Below are positions 49,491 through 61,262 of a stretch of 64,000 nt of DNA, one piece after another (positions within the stretch are counted from its first letter, which is position 1; the number at the start of each line of letters is the position of its first letter). The position numbers and the translations under genes are program-made. The DNA lies in NCBI RefSeq assembly GCF_006345805.1, contig NC_042997.1, positions 108,128,001-108,192,000 of the forward strand, read 5' to 3'. The notes below the pieces were generated by a model, which searched no databases, had not been told where the DNA came from, and saw only the letters and a program-made list of their open reading frames with translations. This stretch comes from Octopus sinensis. Its lineage: Eukaryota.

Positions 49491-50663
49491 CGAATCATAA
49501 CTGTCTTCATATTTGATAAACTATAGATTAAGAGAACCTCGATATTGATGTGCAATGCTCTACACAGCTATAAAACTTCTAATAAGCAGTATATCAAAAA
49601 ATAGACATCAGTGTATAATATATAATATGTGAGTGGTCGGTGTTTTCCTTTTGCTTGTTTGTCTTTTGTTGGTTTTTTTTGCTGTTGTTGCTTCTGTAAA
49701 GCTCTTACACCTAATTTTATGGCTGGCATTCAGTGATTTAGTAAAACAACCACGATCCTCTCTTAACCAAAAACAAAACATAAGACTCCATATTTTTATT
49801 TGTCTTCATTAAAAATTTCTAATTCTCTTCAAACAACCCCCCTACACACACACACACACACACACACACGCATGCACACCATTTTTAGCTCAACATATCA
49901 ACTTTAATGTTCGCCTCTCTAGTCTACATTGCAGAAGTTTAGGCCACATAACATTATAAAATAACACAAAACGTTTTAAATGGGGTAAAAATGAGTCAGT
50001 AACTTTTCTATTAGCTTTTAGTAGATTTCTGCATATGCATTGCTAGGGTCGAGACGATAATCTCGACATGAAGAACTGCTCAAATGGAATATCCACTGAT
50101 TCGATCTTATAACTATTTCCATGTTGTCAACAAATCATTGATAATAACCACGAAATATGATGTGTAAAATGATTTGTTTATTAATTCCTCTATCACATTT
50201 CAGCGGTAGATGTTATTTCGCTGATGAAGTCACAATAACACAGAAACATACCTTGAGTTGCCTCGTGTATTTGGTTGATATGTAGACAACGATATTAGTC
50301 AGGGGATTATACTATATCAAATTTCAAGTTTTAGTTCTTCTACTTTATGTCAGTCTGTATGTCCATCAGTATATCAATCCATCATTACATTAATCTATTT
50401 CCAATGAACTTTTTTAATGCTTCCTCCTATTAACAATGTTTCGATGAAATTCAGTTCCTCAATCGCCATGCTATCATTTATAACAGCAAAATCTCCCATT
50501 TGGAATTTTTATTTTATTTGAACTCCTTTTCACGTAGAACATTTATATACAACCAGGAATAAGGTTTCTGCTTGGGTTTGCCTTGTGGTATATAAACCAT
50601 CACCATCATCAGCATCATCATCAGCAGCAGCAGCTGCATCCCTACTACTACTACTACTACTAC

Positions 50664-50760
<97 letters not shown>

Positions 50761-50785
50761 TTACTTAGCAGGAATATTACCTTGA

Positions 50786-51545
50786 CTAGCGGGACCCGCG
50801 AATATTTCACGGAATTAATGGAGGAAGCCTGAAAGTGTAGTCTGTGTTCAATCTGTATCGAAAGATAGTCGCTCATCTGCTACTCATTGAAAAGTGAAAG
50901 AAACTGGAATACAATGATTACTTAATGAACTTTATATATACAATTTATATAATTTATGCACAATTCTATAGACTTAATACGCAGCACTCATAAAATAAAT
51001 ATTCACACTTATTTTTCTATTTTCCCCATAAACAGAAAAAATTACATTTTAAAATGTACATGGTCACAATTTCATATCTAAAAGACAAAAATGTATTGTA
51101 AAAAAACCCAATTATCTTATACATGTAGGGGTCACAATTTCACGGGGGTAAAAATTTGGTGCAATACAGCATACTATGAAAACCATATCGTTGGTAACTT
51201 ATAAGCCAAGGCGATGGATTGCAGCCAATACACATTTCAATTAGCGTACACCTTTCAATCCAATACTTCTTTGCAGACCATGAGCTTCATGTAAGCTCTC
51301 CCTCTTGTTTTCCCTTGTCAGTGTTGATAACTTTAACTCTCACATCAGATAATTTGTGCGAGCCCTTGAGAATGCAACATATAGCTGGGTATGATCGAAT
51401 ACAGGTTCATGCAAATATCTGCCCTTGTTATTATTGATAGTCATTGCATATGACAGGCGAACGGGAAACTGGTTTCTTTCGAAAGCGAATGGCAAGTTTG
51501 GGTTGCGCATGCGTTAAGTGATAGGTGATATAAAGAAAACTTTTC
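50786..51545 (-). mobile_element. Helitron 3' portion with PIF1-like helicase C-terminal remnant
   Basis: [21 protein letters not shown] and [19 protein letters not shown]; 3' hairpin CCGTGAAATATTCGCGG followed by CTAG|T at 50786. Confidence 0.85.
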
Positions 51546-51586
51546 ACTGTGCAATCACCATTGCACCTCCACCACCACGATCATCA

Positions 51587-51637
<51 letters not shown>

Positions 51638-52097
51638 CTTTAATCTCAGCATCAGAACATCACCCCTCTGCTAAAATTATATTCCTTACACTCCTCTATA
51701 TCACAACCTTCAACTAACTTTTTTAACCACGTAATAAATATTACGTTCTCCTTACCACTCCGTCTTTTCTCCCTCTCTTCTTTCTCCCTCTTTTCTTTCT
51801 CCCTCTTTTCTTTCTCCCTCTTTTTCTCTAACCACGCGAAAGCGTTACCGACAGGCTAAGTAACGTAATGACAAGCAGAATCATTATAAGATGTTTCGTG
51901 GCAACAACTCTCCTCAAATCTCAAGAATCTTCCTCGGGATACTTGCAGAATATAGAATGGCACTTTTTCTGCTGGTCGACAATGCATGTCTCAATTCCTG
52001 TCACTTTCAGTCTTTTAACTAGCATTTGTTGGGGTTCTACCAAATAATTGTTGTTGTTGTTGTTGCTGCTGCTGCTGCTGCTGCTGTTGGTATTATT

Positions 52098-52735
52098 AGA
52101 GCAACGTGGCAGAATCGTTAGGACGCCGGGCGAAATGCTTAGCGGTATTTCGTCAGTGTTTACGTTCTGAGCTCAAATTCCGCCGAGGTCGACTTTGCCT
52201 TTCATTTTTTCGGGGGTTGATAAATTAAGTACCAGTGGGACACTGGGGTCAATGTGATCGACTATCACCCTCCCCCAAATTTCAAGCTTTGTACCTATTG
52301 TAAAAAGGATTATTAGAGCAGCGATCTGGCAGAATCGTTAGCACGCCGGACAAAATGTTTTGCGGCATTTTGTCCGTCTTTACGTTCCGAGTTCAAATGC
52401 CTCCGAGGTAGACTTTGCCTTTCATCCTTTCGGGATCGATAAAATAAGTACTAACTGAGCCCTGGGGATCGATGTAATCGACTCATGCCCCTTCACACAA
52501 AATCCCCGGCTTTGTGTCTATAGTAGAAAGAGTAGTCGAGAATCTTTAGCGCATCGGACAAAATGCTTAACTGCATTTCTTCCGGCTCTTTAAGTTCTGA
52601 GTTCAAATGCCGCTGCGATCGAGTTTCTTTCATCTTTTCCGAGTTGATAAAATAAAGTACCAGCTGAGTACTGAGCTTAATATAATCGAGTAGCCTCCTC
52701 CCCCTAAAAGTCTTGGCCATATTTCAAAATTTAAA

Positions 52736-52737
<2 letters not shown>
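52098..52737 (+). mobile_element. Three tandem diverged SINE family A copies (short-tail subtype)
   Basis: Heads at ~52098, ~52316 and ~52537, each with GAG(T/C)TCAAAT and an AAGTAC core. Confidence 0.8.
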
Positions 52738-52794
<57 letters not shown>

Positions 52795-52969
52795 CTTCGT
52801 AACAGAGTGTAGGTAAAAATGCACCGAAGCCTTTAGAAGTCTTAAAGTTTCAATGGGATTGAGCCCAACTCTCCGATCACCACTGGTATCACTTTTACAT
52901 TACCCTCTCGCATTCCATACAGTCTAGCCGTTTCCACTTTCAATTCGGAGTACTTGGTAATTTTTTCAA

Positions 52970-53015
<46 letters not shown>

Positions 53016-53016
<1 letters not shown>

Positions 53017-53491
53017 TATGTTTGACTTTTGTTTTATGTCTGTACAAGTTGGCTCCAAGTCTCACCCAGAGACCTCAAGAGACAACAGGTTGGAAGTTCA
53101 CGTTGTTGTTATGCCTAGTGTGCCATATATTTGGGGTTTTTTTGGTGTTGTACTAGTGAATGTCTAATACATAAATTTAAAAAAAAGTTTGTTTTAAACT
53201 TTGGGATTACATAGAGAGTATTTTGCGTAGGATATGAGCAGTTCCCATGAGCACTATCTTTTGAATTTCTGCCATTTTGGGGTTTCCTGGTATCTGAGTT
53301 AGGTAGCAATCAGCCCCTTTCGCTATCATTCCCAGGGCATCTATGACAACAGGTATTGTTTTAGTCTCCAGGTTCCACATTTTGCTGATTTCTATTTCAA
53401 GATCTTTATATTTGCTCAGTTTTTGGTAGGTCTTGACAGATACGTTTATATCGATTGGGACAGTCATATCAATGAGGAGGCATGTTCTTTG

Positions 53492-53493
<2 letters not shown>
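53016..53493 (-). mobile_element. R4/Dong-type LINE 3' fragment
   Basis: MTVPIDINVSVKTYQKLSKYKDLEIEISKMWNL...GTAHILRKILSM; 3' UTR GAGGTCTCTGGGTGAGACTTGGA; (AAT)n tail. Confidence 0.9.
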
Positions 53494-53549
<56 letters not shown>

Positions 53550-54543
53550 CTGTTTGACTTTTTCTTTGCATTTGTACAATTTGTACAATTTGGCTCCAAG
53601 TCTCACCCAGAGACCTCAAGTGACAACAAGTTAGACATTCATGTTGGTGTTATGCCTAGGGTGTCATATATTTGGTTTTGCACATAGTATTGTCCTAAGG
53701 AATGTTTAAGAAAACAAGAAAATTATGAGTTTGTTTTAAAATTTGAGATTACATAGACAGTATTTTACGTGGGATATGGGCAGTTCCCATGAGCACTATC
53801 TTTTGAATTTCTGACATTTTGGGGTATCTGGTATCTGAGCTAGGTAGCAATCAGCCCCTTTCGCTATCATTCCCAGGGCACCCATGACAACAGGAATTGT
53901 TTTAGTCTTTAGGTTCCACATTTTGCTAATTTCTATTTCAAGATCTTTATATTTGCTCAGTTTTTGGTAGGTCTTGACAGATACGTTTATATCGATTGGG
54001 ACAGTCATATCAATGAGGAGGCATGTTTTTTGTCTGAAGTCTTTCAATATGATGCCTGACCTATTCGCAACTATCTTTCTGTCAGTTTGAATGGTGAAGT
54101 TCCGGAGGAGTGAGATGTGGTCATTTTCAAGCACTGGAAGTGGTTTGTGTTCCCACCAATTTTTATCATGGGGCAGGCCCAAATTTTTTCAAATTACCCA
54201 ATGAATTGTGCTGCTCCGTGATGCCTGTTGAGACACTCTGTATGCGCAAGAAGACTGCATATGGAGACAACATGATCAATTGTTTCATTTTGTTGGGCAG
54301 CTGCCGTTCTTTAATATATTGGCCTGGTAGTTTCTTATAGGTAGGCATTGATCTTGGGCTGCTGTGATAAACCCTTCTGTTTCTGATTTTAAGCCAGAAG
54401 CCACTAACCATTGATGGGTAAGGGCCTTGTCAACACCGGCTTTATTAAGTCTCTTTGGGTGTTTGCCATTGAGAAGTTTTTCTTGCCATTTATCAGGAAG
54501 AACATCTAAGGCAGCAATTTTAGCACAGGTTTTCATACGCTTT
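53550..54543 (-). mobile_element. R4/Dong-type LINE 3' fragment (same subfamily, longer)
   Basis: GLKSETEGFITAAQDQCL and KNWWEHKPLPVLENDHISLLRNFTIQTDRKI; RLE region near-identical to 53016-53493. Confidence 0.9.
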
Positions 54544-54556
54544 TATTATTATTATT

Positions 54557-55110
54557 GAGTGAGAGAGCAGTGCATGCCATCAAAGTGACACTGGGGTAAA
54601 ATATACGAAGCCCAATATACCCATCATGACTACCCGTCTGATAAAGGTACACCAGGCACATGCATCACAACCATATGTGCGCGACATGGTGATCTCATAT
54701 CAAGATAAACAGCACATGACCTTGTAGGTGGGGCCCAGTTAGAATTTTCTTCAGGTTGAGTAGCCCATCCCGCTCAAAAGGTCCTTGAATAAGGGTTGTT
54801 TAAGGATGTTGAACGAACCACCCATGTTTCCAAAGGTGAATTATCCAAACCCCAAAGAATCCCTCTCAACACATGGCTATGATGCTCCCCCACTACTTCT
54901 GATCGTGATCAGAGATGCACATATCGTCAGCCACTAAGGGACATGCTCAACTGGTTATGGTCAAACAACTGACAAGCAAATCTGTGGTATTGAGCAGAAT
55001 ATTTGCTGTAGCCCATCTTTTATACCAAGACAAAACAATGTACATGATAACACTTCAAATCAGTTAAGATCAGAAGCCATGAGAGCTACTGCCTGGTACT
55101 GCATCAGGGC

Positions 55111-55114
<4 letters not shown>
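54557..55114 (-). mobile_element. (AAT)n-embedded element, copy 4 (558 bp, apparently full length)
   Basis: Same termini as copy 1; (ATT)n on both sides. Confidence 0.9.
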
Positions 55115-55170
<56 letters not shown>

Positions 55171-56376
55171 GTTTTTTCCTTCTTTCTTCAAATTTTCTTC
55201 CGTTTCTCGCCGAGTGTTTTCCATATTATTATTATCATTATTATTATTATTATTATGATATATAGGTGGTGATGCAGGGAGGAAGGGAAGGGGGTAAATA
55301 GGTAGGTAAGTAAGAAGGTTGGTAAAAAGTGACGATGGTAAGAAGGCAGAGGGAGAAGGGAGGAAGGTAAGCGTTTTTATATCGTTAAGAAGAGTTCCCA
55401 AGCCGGCTGTTGTGTGAAATTCAACAAAAACTGTGTTTTCTATTGAAGTAATTGGTTTGGGAGAAAGGTTTTATTATCTGATTGATAGATATTTGATAAA
55501 TACAATGATAAGGCAACTCGTTTTTCACACGCACACACAAACACAAAATCACACACGCACACGCACACACATACACACACACACCTGTGATTGTTTTATC
55601 TAACACTTTTTAAGCTTTCACATGTGTGTTGCGTATTTCATCTTCACAATAAATCTGGAGCGTTTATCATTCTGTAATTCATACCATTTCCCCATCTTTC
55701 TCTCATTCGTCGCCATCATCGTTGTCTAACGAGTAGAAAGCTAATTCCGTTTTACTTGATCACATTTCCGTCCAGTACCTTACAGCTTTGAGTTCAAGCC
55801 TTGGTCGGCTCTTGTTTTTTTCTCTGGGGATTCGAAAAATTAAATAAAATTTCAAGTTAAAACCCTTCGTAGGACCCTCCAAAACACAGGACACTTGTCA
55901 AGAAACGCTACAATACCGAATATTTTGTTCCAGTTTTATATTCTCTTCACAAAAATCTTTAACATTTCATCGACAAAATTACATAATCACACTGATTATT
56001 TCGTGTGATATCTTATTCTAATTAATTGGAAAATATAATTAAACGTTATGCATTAACGTGTTACTTCTCCCCCTCCTCCTCCTCATCATCGTCGTCGTTA
56101 TACATTGCTAGAAAAGTTACAGACAAGATATTGTACAGCAATTAGTTTTGTTGCCTTACGTTTTGAACTCAAATTCGGCGTCTGAGTCTGCTGGGTCATC
56201 AAGGCAATATCTACACCTTTCGGGTGGATTCAATAAATACTGGGGTAGATTAAAGTGAATATTCTTCATATTTTACAAATTTGTATCTTTAGGGTCAATA
56301 AGCAGTCAATGATATTTCTTGTTGTTGAAGCACAAGCAGAAAGAGGCTGGAACGTCTATAATGCACACACACACAC

Positions 56377-56414
<38 letters not shown>

Positions 56415-57769
56415 TTACATATGTATATATGTATTGATATTTGTAATTGTCAGTCCTTCACTATAGAATCGACGCCAGTTAGCTGCGTAAATCCTCCAAT
56501 ATTACATAAAGCAATTAAACCATAAACCAATGAATATAGTAATTAAAAGCTAAGGCGTTACACGTGTGTATCTTCTTGCTCTCTAAAACCGATGACAACT
56601 ATCGTTGAGGTTGCTCATTGTTCCAGTCAAAAGTTTCTTTTGGAAAAACAAAGAAAGAGGAGATATTTCATGGAATGGGGAGGGGTTCTAAGTAGAGAAG
56701 TGTGAATGACTGTTGAAGCAATAATGAAAGAACTGAAAAGGAAAGAAATAACATACAACGAATTTGCTTGAAACCCATGTAAAAACTGCTACAAACAACA
56801 CATCAACACATCCCCGGGTTTCGTAATATTAGCAAGATTAAAGACATCTTCTCTTATAAACCGGCTGCGAAAAGTAGATTCACACTACTTTCTGTGAATT
56901 GGATCATCGTTAGCGGAGCATAATCTTACGATCACAATAGACGATCTTGCAATATATGTGCCGCAGAAACATGCGAAATATTATTGTTTTCTTTATCAAA
57001 CAACCGGAACGCTATATATGCGCGCGTGCGTATTTGTTTGTGCGTGTGAGTGAGCAGTTCGTGTATATATATATATATACATATGCGTACATATGTGTGC
57101 GTATTTGTTTGAGTGTGTGAGTGAGCAGTACGTGTGTATATAGTAGTGTATATATATATAAACACATATATGTGCATGTGTGTGTGTGTATATCTTCCAT
57201 CCAGCATGCATCTACAACGTCTATACACCACGTTCATTATTCACATCTCTGTTAGTAACACAAGTAATATAAATATTTCAATTTTATTTTTATTATTTAG
57301 AATTCTTAATAGCGTCATAAGATTTATCTTTTTTAAGTCGTGTACATCATTTAATGTTATTCTTAATTTAATATTTGTTCAATACCATTACGGCAGCAAT
57401 TTCTTATCTTTTAAGTTTCGTAAGTCGCTATCCTGCTTAAAACAGTACATGCAGTTCTTTTAACGGTGAAAGAAAAAATTCTATGAAATCTGACATTGTA
57501 GGAAACACGAACCATTGATTAGGAAATCACAAATCGTGATTAACAAAATTTATTACACCAGCTTGGCTTCCTCTCTCTCTTTATCTCTTTCCTTCTTTCA
57601 TTTCGTTTTTTCGTATTTTCTTTCCTTGCCTATTTTTTCATTATTATTTGTGTTGTCTTCGAACTTCTCTAATAATAAGAACCAACCCTACACCCCCTTT
57701 TCTCTTCTTTTGACAATAAATTCCTCTCACGCTTGATAGCATCTCATTTATGGACACAGAGAATGATGA

Positions 57770-57980
57770 AGGTGGCCAAGTGGTTTGGGTGTTGCACTCA
57801 CGATCACGAGATCGTGGATTCGATTCGATTCCAGACCAGGGCGGCGCGTTATGACCTTGAGCAAAACACTTCATTTCCCATTTCTCTGCGGGTGGGACAG
57901 TGGCTGAATCGTTGGCACGTCGGCAGAGATGCTTTACGGTATACCTTCCAACTCTCTACATTCTGAGTTCAAATCCCACC
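57770..57980 (+). mobile_element. Diverged SINE heads (family C-like, then family A-like)
   Basis: GGTGGCCAAGTGGTT...CTCACGATCACGAG...CCTTGAGCAAAACACTT, then TGGCTGAATCGTTGGCACG...TTCTGAGTTCAAATCCC. Confidence 0.55.
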
Positions 57981-58161
57981 TACCTGGAAAAAGCAACGGG
58001 AAACCACTCTAGTATTCATCCTCAGTCTAGTCATGTTAGCTAAAGTTCCAGTCACCCGCATAACGGCTGCATGGGAGGGTACAGGCCCTCCCAGGTCGTA
58101 TAGAGATTGCTGGAGGCAGTTCACATGCACTGGGGCTGCCCAAGAGCAGACCACCACTAGA

Positions 58162-58217
<56 letters not shown>

Positions 58218-58561
58218 CAAAGTGGAGTTGTGGGGTACCGCACGAGTGGAAGAAGGTTTGAAAATGCAATTTAAAAGATGTTTATTTACTTTACCGGTTT
58301 CACTCTTTGGAAAAAGATTGTCAAAAGTAACATGTGGAAGTTTGGTTGCGTTAATTATTGGTTGTTGCAAATTATGCATGTATGTATGTATGTGTGTGTG
58401 TTGCCCGAAACCGTTATGACTTCAGCTATTTGATTGAGGAAAGAAGGCCACGATTGACCCGTCTTTTTTTTTTTGCCTGTCCAAATTGTTTTCTCCTGTC
58501 TGCCTTTGTATCGTCTACCTGTCCGAATGTTTTATTGTCTTTTATTGCGTTTTTGTTCCAT

Positions 58562-58616
<55 letters not shown>

Positions 58617-58625
58617 TGTGTGTGT

Positions 58626-58673
<48 letters not shown>

Positions 58674-58818
58674 ACCCCCACGATACATGTTTATTAATGT
58701 TGCCTGTTTGATGTCTAGTTATATATAAACACAGTCAGATGATAAATTGAACGATCACTAATGCCTTTAGAGGAATATAAAATTTATTTTATTTTTACAA
58801 GAAAGAAGTTGGCTCTTC

Positions 58819-58846
58819 GACGTTTCGGCTTGGTGGCCTTCATCAA
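58819..58846 (-). ncRNA. Minimal hammerhead motif (C3U, extra A before stem II)
   Basis: TTGATGA A GGC caccaa GCC GAAAC GTC; ACGT palindrome, GUC triplet; stem I not evident. Confidence 0.45.
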
Positions 58847-60384
58847 ATTGTAAATGACTTTACTTCTTTATTTGACAGGCTTGTCATGGTTGGGTTTTAA
58901 ATTGACCTGTGAACCTACGAAGAAGAGTTTGAATAGTAATGTGTGTATACATCAGTGTGTGTAAGTGTGCATGTGTGTATATACGTTATTGTGTACATAT
59001 GCGTATCTACATCATCGCGTGTAATGTAGATATGTATGTATAAAGGCGGTATCGTTCTTTTTCGTCTTATTTTTGACCAGACTGGTCACGCTGGCCTCGG
59101 CTCCTGCTACGTCCGTTCTGTCCTCTAGGAGTTTATTTCCTCTTTGCGCAACCTCACTCAGTTATTTTGTCAGCTGCAGAGCTCTTTCTGTTGTATTTGT
59201 GGTATATGTATAATTATTATCTTTTCTTCGATTGTGTATAGCCGTAAGGCTTCATGCTGCGGAATTGGGTAGAGGTGGGTGAACAGGTCATAGGTCTTGG
59301 GCACTAGGTGGGTAAAGCGAATTAAAGATTAAAGTATATTCCGCATTGACCCCCTTTAGCCACTTCTCCTTCCGCATCGACCACCCTCCTCATTTAAAAT
59401 ATTTTAATACCCTACCATATCTTAAACGCGTACCGGGTACTGAGGCTGACAATTAAAAATGTTAGCTAAAATATACTTGTATGACAAATTAAGAAATTCT
59501 ATTGAAGATGACACTTTTTATATTTAAAACTACGTGTCCGAATATGCAGTATTAAACTTGCAATTTCTATGAAATTGTTTTCACTGTTAGAAAATGTGAA
59601 AAACGCATCGTATTGTTGGAATATCTTTTATTGAAATTGACAACATCAGTGTGAGGGATGGGCATGGCGCTGACTAAGCATTTCAAGCAGCTCATCTGGA
59701 TGAGCTGGTCTTTCGCACGCCGACCCCCATCGGTCCCCTGTAATTCCTCACAGGCCCCTAGGGGCTTCCTTGGACCTCCTTTCGCGTCCCCTCTTCTAGG
59801 TGGAGGATTATAAAACATTGGGATACTCGCATGGGTAAAACCTCGAACAAAGCTGCGTAGGAATGTCTCCCTTGGATAAATATGTGCTGCAACTGAACCG
59901 ACCAAATGCATACAAATATTACATCAAAGGATAATTAAGATATTTAGCCACGAGAAACACGCGTCAGATTGGAATTTAATGAGAATTTAATGAGATTAAT
60001 AAAGAAATTTTCAAAATGCATAATTTTCCATCTTTCTTTATGATGTCGTCTTCATTGTATTCTCTGCATGTTCTCTGGTATGCTACATGAAATCCAGGGA
60101 ACTCAAGATTTACCAGTTGAGTGAAGGACCGTGTAATTGTTTATCTGAAACAATTCTGTATATTCCCTATCGTTCGATGTGGTTGGCCAGATCTGGATTA
60201 TGTCAGACTGCTAATGAGGTAGCTGCCCGGATTCCAAATCCCTATTGCTTTACGCTTACACACACACACACACACACAGAACTAGTCACAGCGAGAGACA
60301 AGCACAGAGAGAAAGACACAGAGAAAGAGACAAACACACACACATACACACACACACACACACATACACACACACACACACACC

Positions 60385-60459
<75 letters not shown>

Positions 60460-60864
60460 TTAGATATGACGGTCAAATCTGGTGAGTCATGTTGAGTAAT
60501 TTGTTAAGATAAAGTGTGTGATTATTAGGGCGTCGTGTGGAGATGGGAAGTTGACTGGCAAAGATCTGATTATTTGTCAGTGAGAAGTAGATTGTTGGAG
60601 AAGAAGAGGTGAGCTTAAACAATTGGCTCTCACTCCAAGCTTATCTTCTCTTTACTCTCAAACGTCCGTTCGAAGTTTTAAGTTTCCCCTTCACTTATTC
60701 TGAGTCATAGTTTCCTTTAGAAAAACATTTACGGTCTCGCGTCGTTAAGAAAAGGTCTCACATACGTAATAAAGAGAGGGAAAAAACTTGGAAGATTTTC
60801 AGGTCACTGTATTTACATGTTTGTGTGACTATTATAATTGTATCTAATGTATGGAACACGCAAA

Positions 60865-61262
60865 GGCAGCGAGCTGGCAGAATCGTTAGCAGGCCGGACA
60901 AAATGCTTGGCGGCGTTTAGTCTGCCGTTACGTTCTGAGTTCAAATTCCACCGAGGTCGACTTCGCCTTTCATCCTTTCGGAGTCGATAAATTAAGTACC
61001 ACTTACGCACTGGGGTCGATGTAATCGACTTAATCGCTTTGTCTGTCCTTGTTTGTCCCCTCTGTGTTTAGCCCCTTGTGGGCAATAAAGAAATAAGAAT
61101 CGTTAGCATGCCGGGCAAATGCTTGGCGGCGTTTAGTCCATCTTTACGTCATGAGTTCAAATTCCGCCGAGGTAGCCTTCATCTTTTTGGGGGTTGATAT
61201 AATAAGTAGCACTGGGTCGATCATCCCTCGAAATTGCTACCCTTGTACCAAAATCTGAAACC
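60865..61262 (+). mobile_element. SINE family A heterodimer (long-tail unit plus short-tail unit) with probable shared TSD
   Basis: Unit 1 at 60865-61094; unit 2 starts AAGAATCGTTAGCATGCCGGG at 61095; TATGGAACAC at 60850 and 61267. Confidence 0.85.

Noticed and set aside
50221-50250. CTGATGA...GAAAC hammerhead-like match
   Set aside because: Stem II and stem III do not pair; too degenerate to call.
55095-55114. CTGATG at the 5' end of the (AAT)n element as a hammerhead core
   Set aside because: It reads CTGATGCA, not CUGANGA, and no stem II/GAAA follows.
59650-59760. 7SK RNA (GTGAGGG...CCTCAC basal stem)
   Set aside because: The diagnostic GAUC motifs are missing.
59567-59911. 114-aa minus ORF with KDQLI resembling an R4/Dong RT motif
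   Set aside because: Flanking RT motifs are absent in all frames; similarity is limited to a few residues.
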